A DNA stretch of 63,019 nucleotides, the filler included, from Sandaracinaceae bacterium (lineage in GTDB: Bacteria; Myxococcota_A; Polyangia; Polyangiales; JADJQN01), in NCBI GenBank assembly GCA_947483975.1. It is 14 parts of 14 records of this genome, joined end to end, with 100 filler letters (N's around TTAATTAATTAA, not from the genome) between each part and the next. Parts side by side here need not be neighbours in the genome. Positions count along the whole stretch, not along the records: positions 9,274 to 13,771 come from CANKOL010000413.1; positions 13,872 to 18,359 come from CANKOL010000414.1; positions 18,460 to 22,924 come from CANKOL010000415.1; 11 more parts are not named here. The stretch is one strand, 5' to 3'. This document shows positions 10,197 to 20,566 of the stretch, piece by piece; the stretch's first letter is position 1; every line of letters begins with the position of its first letter. Position numbers and translations under genes: made by a program. A model generated the notes under the pieces. It worked only from the letters and a program-made list of their open reading frames with translations. It searched no databases and had not been told where the DNA came from.

Positions 10197-10418
10197 TCGG
10201 GTTCGAGGGCTCCTGCGGCCTGCGGCGCCGCCCCTCCCCGTAATCGTGTCGACGTCGCGCAGGGCGAAGGCGCCGGCACCAAGCGCTGTCGCATACGCGA
10301 GCGTGGCGCCGTCGTTCCCTAGTCCGCTCGCGGGATCTCGCTGTCCCCGTGATCGTGGTCAACGTCGCGCAGAGCAGAGACGTGCACTCTGTCCCGACAC
10401 CAGCTGAGGGAGGCGTCG

Positions 10419-12878
10419 ATGCGTGTCGTGCTAGTTGGAGCGGACTTCGAGGAGAACCTCGGGATCGGGATGATCGCCGCGGTCGCGGAGCAGGCGGGGC
10501 ACAAGGTCGAGATCGTGCCCTTCGATCTCCCGGAGGACGCGCCGCACGTCGCCGCGCGCATCGTCGGCGCGGGGCCCGACGTCGTCGGGCTCGGCATCCA
10601 ATTTCAGCACCGCGCGGCGGAATTCCTCACGCTCGCGCGCGATCTGCGCAGGCGCGGCTACCGCGGGCACATCACCTGCGGCGGGCAGTTCCCGACGCTC
10701 GCGTGGCGCGAGGTGCTCGAGGAGCCGAACGGGCTCGACAGCGTCGTGCTGCACGAGGGCGAGCGCGGCTTCGTCGGGCTGCTCTCGGCGCTCGAGGCGG
10801 ACACTCCGCTCGCAGAGATTCCCGGGCTCGCGGTGCTCACCGGCGACGGCGCCGCGCTCCGCACGCCCGCGCTGCCGCTGCTCGAGCAGCTCGACGAGCT
10901 GCCCTTCCCGGTGCGCTATCGCGCGCACGCCAAGCACTGCGGCATCCCGTTCATCCCCGTCATGGGCAGCCGCGGCTGCTGGGGCTCGTGCACGTACTGC
11001 TCGATCACGAGCTTCTATCGCGACGCGCGCGCGCACGGCGGCGGCAAGACGCTGCGGCAGCGCACGCCGGAGAACATCGCCGAGGAGATGGCGGTGCTCT
11101 GGCACGACGCCGGCGGGCCCAGCATCTTCTGCTTTCACGACGACAACTTCTTGATGCCGCGCCCCGCGGACTCCGCTGCGCGCGTGCGCGCGATCCGCGC
11201 GTCGCTCGACGAGCTCGGCGTCGGCAAGGCGGGCTTCATCGGCAAGTGCCGCCCGGACAGCGTCACCCCCGAGCTGATGAAAGAGCTGCGCGAGCTCGGC
11301 GTGTTCCGCCTCTACGTCGGCGTCGAGAACGCGTCGCAGCACGGCTCGGATCACCTCAACCGGCGCACGCAGACGCTGCGCGTGCGCGACGCGCTCCGCG
11401 CATGCCGCGAGGCGGGGATCTTCGTCTGTTACAACATCCTGCTCTTCGAGCCGGAGGCGACGCTCGACGACGTGCGCGAGAACATCGCGTTCATGCGCGA
11501 GCACGCGCGGCATCCGGTCAATTTCTGCCGCGCAGAGCCCTACTACGGCACGCCGCTGCAGCTCTCGCTCGTCGGGCGCGAGAACGCGGGCGGCAGCTAC
11601 CTCGGCTACAACTACCGCATCGCGGACGACCGCACGGAGCTGCTCTTTCGCGTGTGCGCGGCGGCGTTTCGGCAGCGCAACTTCGACCCCGCGGGCGTCG
11701 CGAACCGCAACATGGGCGTGGGCTACTCGATCAAGGTGCTCGAGCAGTTCTACGAGGATCCGCACGGCAAGCGCGCCGCGCTCGAGCGTCGCGCGAGCGA
11801 GGTCACGCGCACCATCTCCAACGAGACGGCGGGCTTCCTCGAGCAGGCGCTCGAGCTCGTCGAGCGCATCGGCACGCGCAACTCCGATCGCATCGAGCGC
11901 GAGACGGCGCTGCTCGGGCTGCGCATCGCCGCGGCGGACCGCGAGCGGCACCTCGACCTCGACGCGATCTACGCCGACATGGAGGCGTTCGGCGCGCGCA
12001 CGCAGCTGCCGCGCGTGCTGCAAGCGGCGACGCGCAAGCTGAAGCACGCCGCGCAGAGCGTCGCGCTGACCGCGTCGCTCGCCGTCTGGGCGAGCGCGTG
12101 CAACGCGTGCGGCTCGGCGATTCTCCCGGCGGATCCCGTGCCCGCCGACAACAACCCGAACAACTTCCCGCCGCCCGACCCGGTGCCGCCGCAGCTCGTG
12201 GTGCCCAACGATCCGGTCCCGCCGACGGTCGACTTCCGCCCGATCCCGCCGAGCGATCCGGTGCCGCAGGACCAGGTGATGGTGCCCGATCCACCGCCGC
12301 CGCCGATCGACCAGCGGCAGATGATGCCGATGGACCCGCTGCCCTACGACCGCCCCGTCGTGCACGATCCGCTGCCGATGCCGCTCCCCCCGCACGTGCG
12401 CCCGCGACATCGGCACCTGCAGCCGCCGCCGCCCGACCCGCTCCCGCCGCAGCTGCCCAACGATCCGGTGCCGGGTCCCGGTCCGATGCCGATGGACCCG
12501 CCGCCGCCGTCGACGTCGTCGCTCGATCCCTCGGCGGCGAGCGCCGTGCTCGCCTCCGCGGCGACTCCGGGCCAGTCGCTCAAGCTGATCGATCAGTGGC
12601 GTGACACGACGACTCGCCTCGCCGGTCGGACGGACGATCTGGCGCTCGCGAACCCGCCGTGGATCACGCTCCGCACCCAGCGGGAGGGCGACCTCGTGCG
12701 CGTGACCGTCGTCGGTGGGCCGCAGTCCGTCAGCCTCCGCTGGGAGACGGACGGCGAGGTCGACGGCGCCGGGCGGGAGGTGTGGTGGAAGCCCGCTTCA
12801 GCGAGCGATCAGCTGCGCGTCGCCGTGCGCAGCGGCACGGGCGTCGCCGTGACGAGCGTCCGCGCGCGCGAGGTCTGA
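10419..12878 (+). CDS. B12-binding radical SAM protein fused to a DPxP-repeat tail
   Basis: N-terminal B12-binding-like domain (ENLGIGMIAA, ITCGGQFPT), GSRGCWGSCTYC (CxxxCxxC), FHDDNF, VGVEN; RBS ggagg. Confidence 0.9.
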   Translation: MRVVLVGADFEENLGIGMIAAVAEQAGHKVEIVPFDLPEDAPHVAARIVGAGPDVVGLGIQFQHRAAEFLTLARDLRRRGYRGHITCGGQFPTLAWREVLEEPNGLDSVVLHEGERGFVGLLSALEADTPLAEIPGLAVLTGDGAALRTPALPLLEQLDELPFPVRYRAHAKHCGIPFIPVMGSRGCWGSCTYCSITSFYRDARAHGGGKTLRQRTPENIAEEMAVLWHDAGGPSIFCFHDDNFLMPRPADSAARVRAIRASLDELGVGKAGFIGKCRPDSVTPELMKELRELGVFRLYVGVENASQHGSDHLNRRTQTLRVRDALRACREAGIFVCYNILLFEPEATLDDVRENIAFMREHARHPVNFCRAEPYYGTPLQLSLVGRENAGGSYLGYNYRIADDRTELLFRVCAAAFRQRNFDPAGVANRNMGVGYSIKVLEQFYEDPHGKRAALERRASEVTRTISNETAGFLEQALELVERIGTRNSDRIERETALLGLRIAAADRERHLDLDAIYADMEAFGARTQLPRVLQAATRKLKHAAQSVALTASLAVWASACNACGSAILPADPVPADNNPNNFPPPDPVPPQLVVPNDPVPPTVDFRPIPPSDPVPQDQVMVPDPPPPPIDQRQMMPMDPLPYDRPVVHDPLPMPLPPHVRPRHRHLQPPPPDPLPPQLPNDPVPGPGPMPMDPPPPSTSSLDPSAASAVLASAATPGQSLKLIDQWRDTTTRLAGRTDDLALANPPWITLRTQREGDLVRVTVVGGPQSVSLRWETDGEVDGAGREVWWKPASASDQLRVAVRSGTGVAVTSVRAREV
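12132..12530 (+). repeat. Ten D-P-[V/L/P]-P peptide motifs in a Pro-rich region
   Basis: ADPVP, PDPVP, NDPVP, SDPVP, PDPPP, MDPLP, HDPLP, PDPLP, NDPVP, MDPPP. Confidence 0.9.
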
Positions 12879-12942
12879 CGCTGAAGGACCAGCACGCCCG
12901 GCCCCCGTCAGGCTGCTAGGCTCGCGGCCCTGGAGGCCGACG

Positions 12943-13641
12943 ATGGCAGACGATGAGAGCACTCGACTCAAGCGAGACGCCGCCCACGCGGCGCTCGCGC
13001 TCCTCCCCGAGCGCGGCACGATCGGCCTCGGCAGCGGCTCGACCGCCAAGCTCTTCATCGAGGCGCTCGCCGAGCTAGTGCGCGGCGGGCGTGACCTCGT
13101 CGGCGTGCCGTCCTCGCGAGAGAGCGAGACGCTCGCGCGCTCGCTCGGCATCCCGCTGCTAGCGGACGACGGCCCGTGGGACATCGACGTCTGCTTCGAC
13201 GGCGCCGACGAGGTGGACCCGCAACTCGACGTGATCAAGGGCGGCGGCGGGATGCTGACGCGCGAGAAGATCGTGATCGCCGCGGCGCGGAGCACCGTCT
13301 TGCTCGTCGACGAGAGCAAGCTCGTCCGCGCCCTCGGCACGACGTGGCGCGTGCCGGTCGAGGTCGTCGCCTTCGGACACCGCGCGACGGCGGCACGGCT
13401 CAGCGCGTTCGGCGAGCCGCGCCTGCGCCTGACGCGCGAGGGCGCGCCCTTCAAGACCGATCAGAACTGCGTGATCTACGACGTCGCGACGGGCCCGATC
13501 GCCGACGCGCCTGCGCTCGAGCGCGACCTCGAGCACGTGCCTGGCGTCGTCACCGTGGGGCTCTTCACGGGGCGCGCAGACCGCGTGATCGTCGCCGCGT
13601 CGTCGGGAGTGCGCACGCTCGTCCGCGGCGCGCGCGCCTAG
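12943..13641 (+). CDS. rpiA: Ribose-5-phosphate isomerase A
   Basis: IGLGSGST, DGADEVD and IKGGGG..TREKIV motifs. Confidence 0.95.
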   Translation: MADDESTRLKRDAAHAALALLPERGTIGLGSGSTAKLFIEALAELVRGGRDLVGVPSSRESETLARSLGIPLLADDGPWDIDVCFDGADEVDPQLDVIKGGGGMLTREKIVIAAARSTVLLVDESKLVRALGTTWRVPVEVVAFGHRATAARLSAFGEPRLRLTREGAPFKTDQNCVIYDVATGPIADAPALERDLEHVPGVVTVGLFTGRADRVIVAASSGVRTLVRGARA

Positions 13642-13871
13642 CGCAGCGCCTCAGGGCGGGGTGTGACAGCTGACCGGCTCCTCGCTCCGCAGCGACGGAA
13701 TCGGGCGCACCGCGAGCGCGACGGCGCCGAGCGCGAGCGCCAGCGCCGCGAGGCGAAGCCCGACGGGCCCCNNNNNNNNNNNNNNNNNNNNNNNNNNNNN
13801 NNNNNNNNNNNNNNNTTAATTAATTAANNNNNNNNNNNNNNNNNNNNNNNNNNNNNNNNNNNNNNNNNNNN

Positions 13872-16108
13872 ACGATCGGCGCAGGCGCCGGCCCGAGCAC
13901 GCGCACCAGCCCGCGCTTGACGGCGGGGTGCGCCCGCGCGACCCGCGCGAGCTCCTGCGTCACCGCCTCCGCCTGCCCCTCGTCGCCCGCGTCGACGCGC
14001 ACCGCGACGAGCCGCGAGAACGGCGTGTACCCGAGCTCGCGCCGCGCCTCGAGCTCCACCGCGTAGAAGCCGAGGTAGTCGTGGCGGCTCGCCTGCACGA
14101 TGGCCGAGTGCTCGGGCTGAAACGTCTGCAGGATGACGCGCCCCTCCTCTTCGCCGCGCCCCGCGCGCCCCGCGACCTGCGCGAGCAGCTGAAACGTGCG
14201 CTCCGCCGAGCGAAAGTCCGGGAACGCGAGCGACTGATCCGCGAGCACGACGCCGACGAGCGTCACGCCCGGCAGATCGTGCCCCTTCGTGACCATCTGC
14301 GTACCCACCAAGATGTCGAGCTCGCGCCGCCGCATCCGATCGAGCACCGCCTCGACGCCCTCGACGCCCGCCGCCGTGTCGCGATCGAGCCGCGCGACGC
14401 GCGCCGGCGCGAAGGTCTGCGCGAGCGCCTCCTCGAGCCGCTCCGTCCCCAGCCCGATCGGCTCGAGCCCGAGCTCGCCGCACTTCAAGCAAGCGCCCGT
14501 CGAGGGCGCCGCGAAGTCGCAGTAGTGACAGCGCAGCGCGCGCGCGCGGCGGTGCTCGGTGAGCGTGACGCTGCACGCCGGGCACTCCATCACCTCGGAG
14601 CACGCCGGGCAGCGCAGCGTCGGCGAGAAGCCGCGCCGGTTGAGGAACAAGATCGCCTGCCCCTGCTGCGCGAGGCACTTCTCGAGCGCGCGATGGAGCG
14701 GCGTCGTGAGCAGCGGGTGCCCGCTCGGCGTGCCCTTGTACCGCGCGAGATCGACGATCTCGACGGCGGGCAGCGGGCGCGGCGTCGCGCGCTCCGGCAG
14801 CGAGAGCCGCGTCAGCTTGGCGCCCTCCGAGAGGCTGTACGTCTCGACGCTCGGCGTCGCGCTGCCGAGCACGCACACGGCCCCCGCGCGGTGCGCGCGC
14901 AGGAGCGCGAGGTCGCGCGCGTGATAACGAAAGCCCTCCTCTTGCTTGAACGAAGGGTCGTGCTCCTCGTCGACGACGATCACGCCGAGCCGCTGCACCG
15001 GCGCGAAGATCGCCGAGCGCGCGCCGATCGCGAGCGTCACCTTCCCGCTGCGGAGCGCCCGCCAAGCGTCGTTGCGCTCGCGCTCCTTCAGCCCGCTGTG
15101 CAGCACCGCGAGGTCGTCCCCGAAGCGCGCGCGAAAACGCCCGACGAGCTGCGGCGTGAGCGCGATCTCCGGCACGAGCAAGATCGCCCCGCGTCCCTGT
15201 TCGCGCGCCTCGGCGATCGTGCGCAGGTAGACCTCCGTCTTCCCCGAGCCCGTCACGCCGTGCAGCAAAAAGCCGTGATAGCCGCCCGCGTTCACCGCGC
15301 CGACGAGCGCGTCCATCGCCGTCTGCTGCGCGGCGTTCGGCACCGGCGCGACGTCGCGCTCGACGGGCACGGCGAAGTAGCGATCCGCGACGACCTCGCG
15401 CTCCTCTGTCGCGACGAGCCCGCGCTTGACGAGCGCGCGCAGCACCGTGCGCGGCTCCTCGAGGTGCTGCCGAAGCTCCGCGAGCGTCACCTCGCCGCGC
15501 TCCTCGAGCAGCGCCAAGAGCGCCCGCTGCCGCTCCCCGAGGCGCGCGTCCCCGACAGGCTCCGGCGTGCGCCGGGCGATCAGCTCGGTGCGCGTGCCGA
15601 GCGCCGCGCCGGGCAGCGCCTCGTCCTCTTCGAGAAAGCCGTGCTCCCGCAGCCTCGAGAACGCCTCGCGCGGCAGCGCGGGGGTCGCCGCGCGCAGCAC
15701 CTCGCCCACCGGATGCAGGTAGTAGTCCGCCGCCTCGACGAGCAGCGCGAGCAATTCCGCAGGGAACACGGGCTCCGCGTCCACGATCCCCGCGATGCTC
15801 CGCACGCGCCCGCTGCTCGGCGCCGCCTCGGCGCGCCCGAGCACGATCCCCGGCAATTTGCGCGGCCCGAACGGCACGGCGACGCGCACTCCAGGCGCGA
15901 TCTGCGCCACCAGCGCGGGCGGCACTCGGTACGTGAAGCGGCGCCGGATCGGCACCGGCATCGCGACCTCGACGAGGTACGCGTCCGCGTCGAGCGGCTC
16001 GACCTCGCGCTCGGCTCGCCCCGCAGACGGCGCGCGCGGCGGCTTCGGTCGCGGCGCGCCCGTGTCGAACAGCGTCGTCAGCGGCGGCTGTATCGGCGGC
16101 TTCGTCAA
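13872..16108 (-). CDS. priA: Primosomal protein N' (3' truncated)
   Basis: GVTGSGKTEVY, LVPEIALTPQ, DEEHD, two Zn knuckles, QVAGRAGR; TTG start at 16108 overlaps the upstream stop. Confidence 0.95.
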
Positions 16109-17178
16109 CGCGGCTCGCCTGCGTCGCGCCCCTCGGACGCCTCGCGCTCTTTCCACGCCGCGTGCAGCACGGCGGCGACCGCCTCGTAGAGCGCCTCGGG
16201 GATCTCGTCGCCCTCCTCGAGCCCGAAGAGCGCGTGCGCGAGCGGCACATCCCGCAGCACCGGCACGCCCGCCTCCTCGGCCGCGCGGATCATGCGCTGC
16301 GCGAGCTCGTCCATGCCCTTCGCGAGCAGCTCCGGCGCCTCTTGCTCGGCGGCCTCGTCGTACTTCAGCGCGATGGCGAGGTGCGTCGGGTTCACGACGA
16401 GCACGTCCGCCCGGCGCACGCGCTCGAGGACGCCGTGCTCGAGCAGCTCCCGCCGCAGCCGCTCGCGCTCGCCCTTCGTGTGCGGGTCTCCGTCGCTCTC
16501 CTTGTGTTCACGCTTCACCTCGTCCTCCGACATCTTCTGCTCTTCCAGAAAACGCCAGCGCTGGTAGAGCACGTCGAGCACGGCGACGACCGCGAGCGCG
16601 CCGCCCGCGCGAAAGAGCAGCGCCGAGAGGAGCGCGCCGGCGCCCGAGAGCGCCGCCTCGGCGTCCGCTCCCGTCAGCGCGAGCGTGCCGCGGAGCCCAT
16701 CGCGCAGGCTCGAGTACGCGACCCAGCCGATCAACGACAGCTTGAGCAGCGACTTCAGCAGCTCGATCAGCTGCTTCTTCGAGAACAGGTTCTTCGCGCC
16801 CGAGATCGGATCGACGCGCGAGAGTTGTGGCGCGACGGCGTCGAGCGCGAGCATCGGCCCGACCTGCAAGAAGCTCGCGAGCGTGCCCGCGACGAGCGCC
16901 GCGACGAGCACCGGCGCGACCGCCCGCAGCCCGAGCCCCAGCACCGTCTCGAGCACGGCGCCGGGCGACGCGACGAGCCCGCCCTCGATGCTGCGCAGCA
17001 CGAGCGCGAAGCTCGCGCGCAGCGCCTCGAGCAGCGGCGTCCCCGAAAACGAGAGCGCCCCCGCAGCCGCGAGGACGACCGCCGCCGTGCCGAGCTCGCG
17101 GCTCTTCGCGACCTGCCCCTTCTTGCGGGCGTCGCGGAGCTTCTTCTCGGTAGGCTGCTCTGTCTTCTCGCCGGACAC
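16105..17178 (-). CDS. EscU/YscU/FlhB family type III export switch protein
   Basis: EKTEQPTEKKLRDARKKGQVAKSRE, KMSEDEVKREHKESDGDP, NPTH autocleavage motif. Confidence 0.92.
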   Translation of the reverse strand: MSGEKTEQPTEKKLRDARKKGQVAKSRELGTAAVVLAAAGALSFSGTPLLEALRASFALVLRSIEGGLVASPGAVLETVLGLGLRAVAPVLVAALVAGTLASFLQVGPMLALDAVAPQLSRVDPISGAKNLFSKKQLIELLKSLLKLSLIGWVAYSSLRDGLRGTLALTGADAEAALSGAGALLSALLFRAGGALAVVAVLDVLYQRWRFLEEQKMSEDEVKREHKESDGDPHTKGERERLRRELLEHGVLERVRRADVLVVNPTHLAIALKYDEAAEQEAPELLAKGMDELAQRMIRAAEEAGVPVLRDVPLAHALFGLEEGDEIPEALYEAVAAVLHAAWKEREASEGRDAGEPR

Positions 17179-17247
17179 GGGGACGCGATGGTAGCGCGGC
17201 AGAGGGCGCTGCGCGGGCGCCGTCGCCCGCGACCTTCGAGGCTCAGC

Positions 17248-18030
17248 TCAAGGCGTGTTGTCGAGCTCGAGCGCGCGCTCGTGCAGCGGCTGCACCGGGC
17301 GGTTCGTGCCCGAGTAGAGCGCCGCGAACCGCGCGAGCTGCTCGGCCGACGCCTCGATCGGCTGCTGCAGCATGTGCCAGGCGACGCCCTCCGTGCAGGG
17401 CGGCGTCGTCAGCGAGCCGCTGTAGCGCGCGTAGGTGCGATCAGCGGGGAGGATCGTCGCCGGGTCGAGCGTCAGCCCCTCGGGCTCCGCCGTGCGCGCC
17501 TCTGCGGTCGGCATGTTGGCGAAGAAGCCCTCGAGCGCCGCGTTCTCGGCGCCCTCGCGGATCCACAGGCCGACGACCGCGAGCGAGCCGTCCTCGGCGC
17601 GGTGCACGAAGTGCATCTCCATCGGGAAGGACTGCCCATTCAGCGTGTGCTCGGACGGTCCATGCACGTGAAACTGCTTGAGCGTGTAGGTGCGCCCGCT
17701 CGACTCGAGCGTGCTGCCCTCGGGGAACTCCTGCTCGATCGCGTGCCCGTTGTTGATCAGCGACAGCGGCGCAGGTTGATAGTGGAAGACGAGCGCCGGC
17801 AGATCGGTGCCAGCCGCGCCGACGATGTCGATCGGCGACTGCGCCTGACCCGTGCCGCAGGTCGCAAACTCCTCGGAGAGCTCGCCCCAATGCTCCGGGG
17901 CGCCTTCGCCGGTGTAGGCCCAGTGCACCGCGCCATGGCCTGCGCCGCCGTGCTCCACCGGGGTCGACGCGCCACCGCACGCCGAGACCAACAACCACGC
18001 TGCCACCATCACGAGGGTCATTCCGCGCAT
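17248..18030 (-). CDS. Alpha-class carbonic anhydrase, lipoprotein
   Basis: LVSAC lipobox; QSPIDI, QFHVHGPSEH, EMHFVH and YSGSLTTPPCTEGV motifs. Confidence 0.92.
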   Translation of the reverse strand: MRGMTLVMVAAWLLVSACGGASTPVEHGGAGHGAVHWAYTGEGAPEHWGELSEEFATCGTGQAQSPIDIVGAAGTDLPALVFHYQPAPLSLINNGHAIEQEFPEGSTLESSGRTYTLKQFHVHGPSEHTLNGQSFPMEMHFVHRAEDGSLAVVGLWIREGAENAALEGFFANMPTAEARTAEPEGLTLDPATILPADRTYARYSGSLTTPPCTEGVAWHMLQQPIEASAEQLARFAALYSGTNRPVQPLHERALELDNTP

Positions 18031-18208
18031 CGTGCTCTCCTTGATCGCCGGGTAATCTCGCGGCTCGACAACGCGCCGAGGCCGCGCACGCCAGAACGGT
18101 CTGGCCGTCGATTCTCTGGAGGGTCTCTGCCGTCCGCCGTGTCGATTCAGTCGCCGGCGGGCGAGCACCCGCGTTGCACCTCGCGCCGACTCCCCGCACC
18201 GTCCGCGC

Positions 18209-18359
18209 GTGTCCCGCCCGCGATTCTCCGAGCGCAGCGCCCACGAGAGCACCCCCAACGCGCTCGCCCTCGCGCTCGCTGAGGCGCGCGCCGCCGGTCG
18301 CCCGCTCTACGACCTCACCGTCTCGAACCCGACCCGCGCGGGGATTCCCTACGACGCCG
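18209..18359 (+). CDS. PLP-dependent class I/II aminotransferase N-terminus (truncated)
   Basis: FSERS...PNAL...LYDLTVSNPTRAG N-terminal pattern. Confidence 0.55.
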
Positions 18360-18459
18360 NNNNNNNNNNNNNNNNNNNNNNNNNNNNNNNNNNNNNNNNN
18401 NNNTTAATTAATTAANNNNNNNNNNNNNNNNNNNNNNNNNNNNNNNNNNNNNNNNNNNN

Positions 18460-19264
18460 CGCCGTGCTCCCAGTGCTCGTGCACCACGACGCAGCGGTTC
18501 GTCTTCTTCACGCTCTCGACGATCGACGCGCCATCGAGCGGACGCAGCGTGCGCGGGTCGACGACCTCGCACGAGATGCCGCGCTTCTCGAGGGCAGCCG
18601 CCGCCTCGAGCACCGTGTAGAGCGGGCGCCCCCAGCTGACGATCGTCACGTCGGTGCCCTCGCGCGCGATGCGCGCTTTGCCGAGCGGGATGCACTCGTC
18701 CGCGTCCTCGTCGGGCACCTCGCCCTTGAGCCCGTAGAGCGTCTCGCCCTCGAGGAAGACCACCGGATTGTCGTCGCGGATCGCGGTCTTCAACAGCCCC
18801 TTCGCGTCCCGCGCGGTGCTCGGCGCGATCACGTAGAGCCCCGGGATGTTCACGTAGAACGGGTCCATCGAGTGCGAGTGCTGCGCCGCGACCTGCCGCG
18901 CAGAGCCGTTCGGCCCGCGAAAGACGATCGGCACCTTGTACTGCCCGCCGCTCATCTGAAACATCTTCGCCGCGCTGTTGAGGATCTGATCGAACGCGAC
19001 GGCGCTGAAGTTCCACGTCATGAACTCGATCACCGGGCGCAGCCCCACCATCGCCGCGCCGATGCCGACGCCCGCGAACCCCGACTCGGCGATCGGCGCG
19101 TCGACGACGCGGTCCGCGCCGAACCGCGCGAGCAGCCCCTCGGTCACCTTGTACGCGCCGTTGTAGTAGCCGACCTCCTCACCCATCACGAAGACGCGCG
19201 GATCCCGCGCCATCTCCTCGGCGAGCGCCTCGCGCACCGCGTCCCGATAGCGAAGCTCACGCAT
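18460..19264 (-). CDS. pdhB: Pyruvate dehydrogenase E1 beta subunit (3' truncated)
   Basis: [37 protein letters not shown] motifs. Confidence 0.92.
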
Positions 19265-20312
19265 GGTGCACCTCCGTCGGTGCCGCGTCGGCTGAGAGAG
19301 GGCTGCGCTTCTCCGCCGGATAGGACCCAGCCGGCGGTGGCGAATCCGCGTCGCCGTTCGGCGCGAGCGTCAGCGTGTGCAGCAGCGCCTCGTCCGGCTG
19401 CGCGCTCTCGTCGGCGAAGCGCACCGCGTCCTCGACCTCGGCTTCGACCGCCGCGTCGACCGCCGCGAGCGCCTCCTCGCTGACCCCCGCCGCGAGCGCG
19501 TGCCCGCGCCCGATGCGCACCGGGTCGCGCGTCTTGCGCTCCTCGACCTCCTCGGCGGTGCGGTACTTCCCGGGGTCGCTCATCGAGTGCCCGCGATAGC
19601 GATACGTCATCACCTCCACCATCGTCGGCCCCTCGCCGCGCCGCGCGCGCTCGATCGGCTCACGCAGCTGCTCCATCACGTCCGTGACGTCCTGCCCGCG
19701 GAAGCGCAGCCCGGGGATGTCGTACGCCTCGGCCTTCTTCGAGACGTCGCGCTGCGGCAGCGTCCGCTCCGCCGGCGTGCCCATCGAGTACTCGTTGTTC
19801 TCGCAGACGAAGACGACCGGCAGCCTCCAGAGCGCCGCGAGCGACACTCCCTCGTGAAAGCCGCCGATGTTCGTCGCGCCGTCGCCGAAGAAGCAGAGCG
19901 TCACGCGCCCGTCCCCGCGGTACTTGCTCGCCCAGGCGGCGCCCGCCGCGAGCGCGATGTGCCCGCCGACGATGCCGTGCCCGCCGAGCAGGTTGTGCTC
20001 GCGGTCGAACATATGCATCGACCCGCCCATGCCCTTCGAGCAGCCGCTCTCCTTGCCGTAGAGCTCCGCCATGCAGGCGCGCGAGGTCATGCCGCGCGCG
20101 AGCGCGACGCCGTGGTCGCGGTACGTCGTGACGAAGTAGTCCTCGGGTCGCATCACCGCGCTGACGCCGACCGCGACGGCCTCTTGGCCGATGTAGAGGT
20201 GCAAGAAGCCGCCGATTTTGCCCTGCGCGTAGGCGCGCGCCGCCTCCTCCTCGAAGCGGCGGATCAGGAACATCTGTCGGTAGAGCTGAACGAGCTCGTC
20301 CTGCGTGGGCAT
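19257..20312 (-). CDS. pdhA: Pyruvate dehydrogenase E1 alpha subunit
   Basis: [22 protein letters not shown] motif, [12 protein letters not shown]. Confidence 0.93.
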   Translation of the reverse strand: MPTQDELVQLYRQMFLIRRFEEEAARAYAQGKIGGFLHLYIGQEAVAVGVSAVMRPEDYFVTTYRDHGVALARGMTSRACMAELYGKESGCSKGMGGSMHMFDREHNLLGGHGIVGGHIALAAGAAWASKYRGDGRVTLCFFGDGATNIGGFHEGVSLAALWRLPVVFVCENNEYSMGTPAERTLPQRDVSKKAEAYDIPGLRFRGQDVTDVMEQLREPIERARRGEGPTMVEVMTYRYRGHSMSDPGKYRTAEEVEERKTRDPVRIGRGHALAAGVSEEALAAVDAAVEAEVEDAVRFADESAQPDEALLHTLTLAPNGDADSPPPAGSYPAEKRSPLSADAAPTEVHHA

Positions 20313-20499
20313 CTCGACGCCAATCTCCTCTCGGTGCGCGCTCAGCCAGGCGATGGCGCCCTCGAAGCGAACCCGACGCGTGTCTGTCGAGCGCTCTTTA
20401 CACCTGTCAATGGGCGAAATCGACGCCACACCGCGTCAAAAGCTACCTGTCAACGATACCCAGCCCGGCCCGAAGCCGAGCGCCGACGACGGAAAGACG

Positions 20500-20533
20500 A
20501 CGCCCCCGGGACCTGTTCGGTGCCGGGGGCGCT
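20500..20533 (-). terminator. GC-rich hairpin downstream of the metalloprotease gene
   Basis: cgcccccgg/ccgggggcg stem followed on the minus strand by tcgtctttcc. Confidence 0.55.
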
Positions 20534-20566
20534 GTTGGGGGGTCGACGGCTAGGCCGTCCGCACGC

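Noticed and set aside
10147..10407. Possible small precursor peptide upstream of the radical SAM gene
   Set aside because: It overlaps the HTH gene, has no RBS, and shows no leader/core pattern or DPxP motif.
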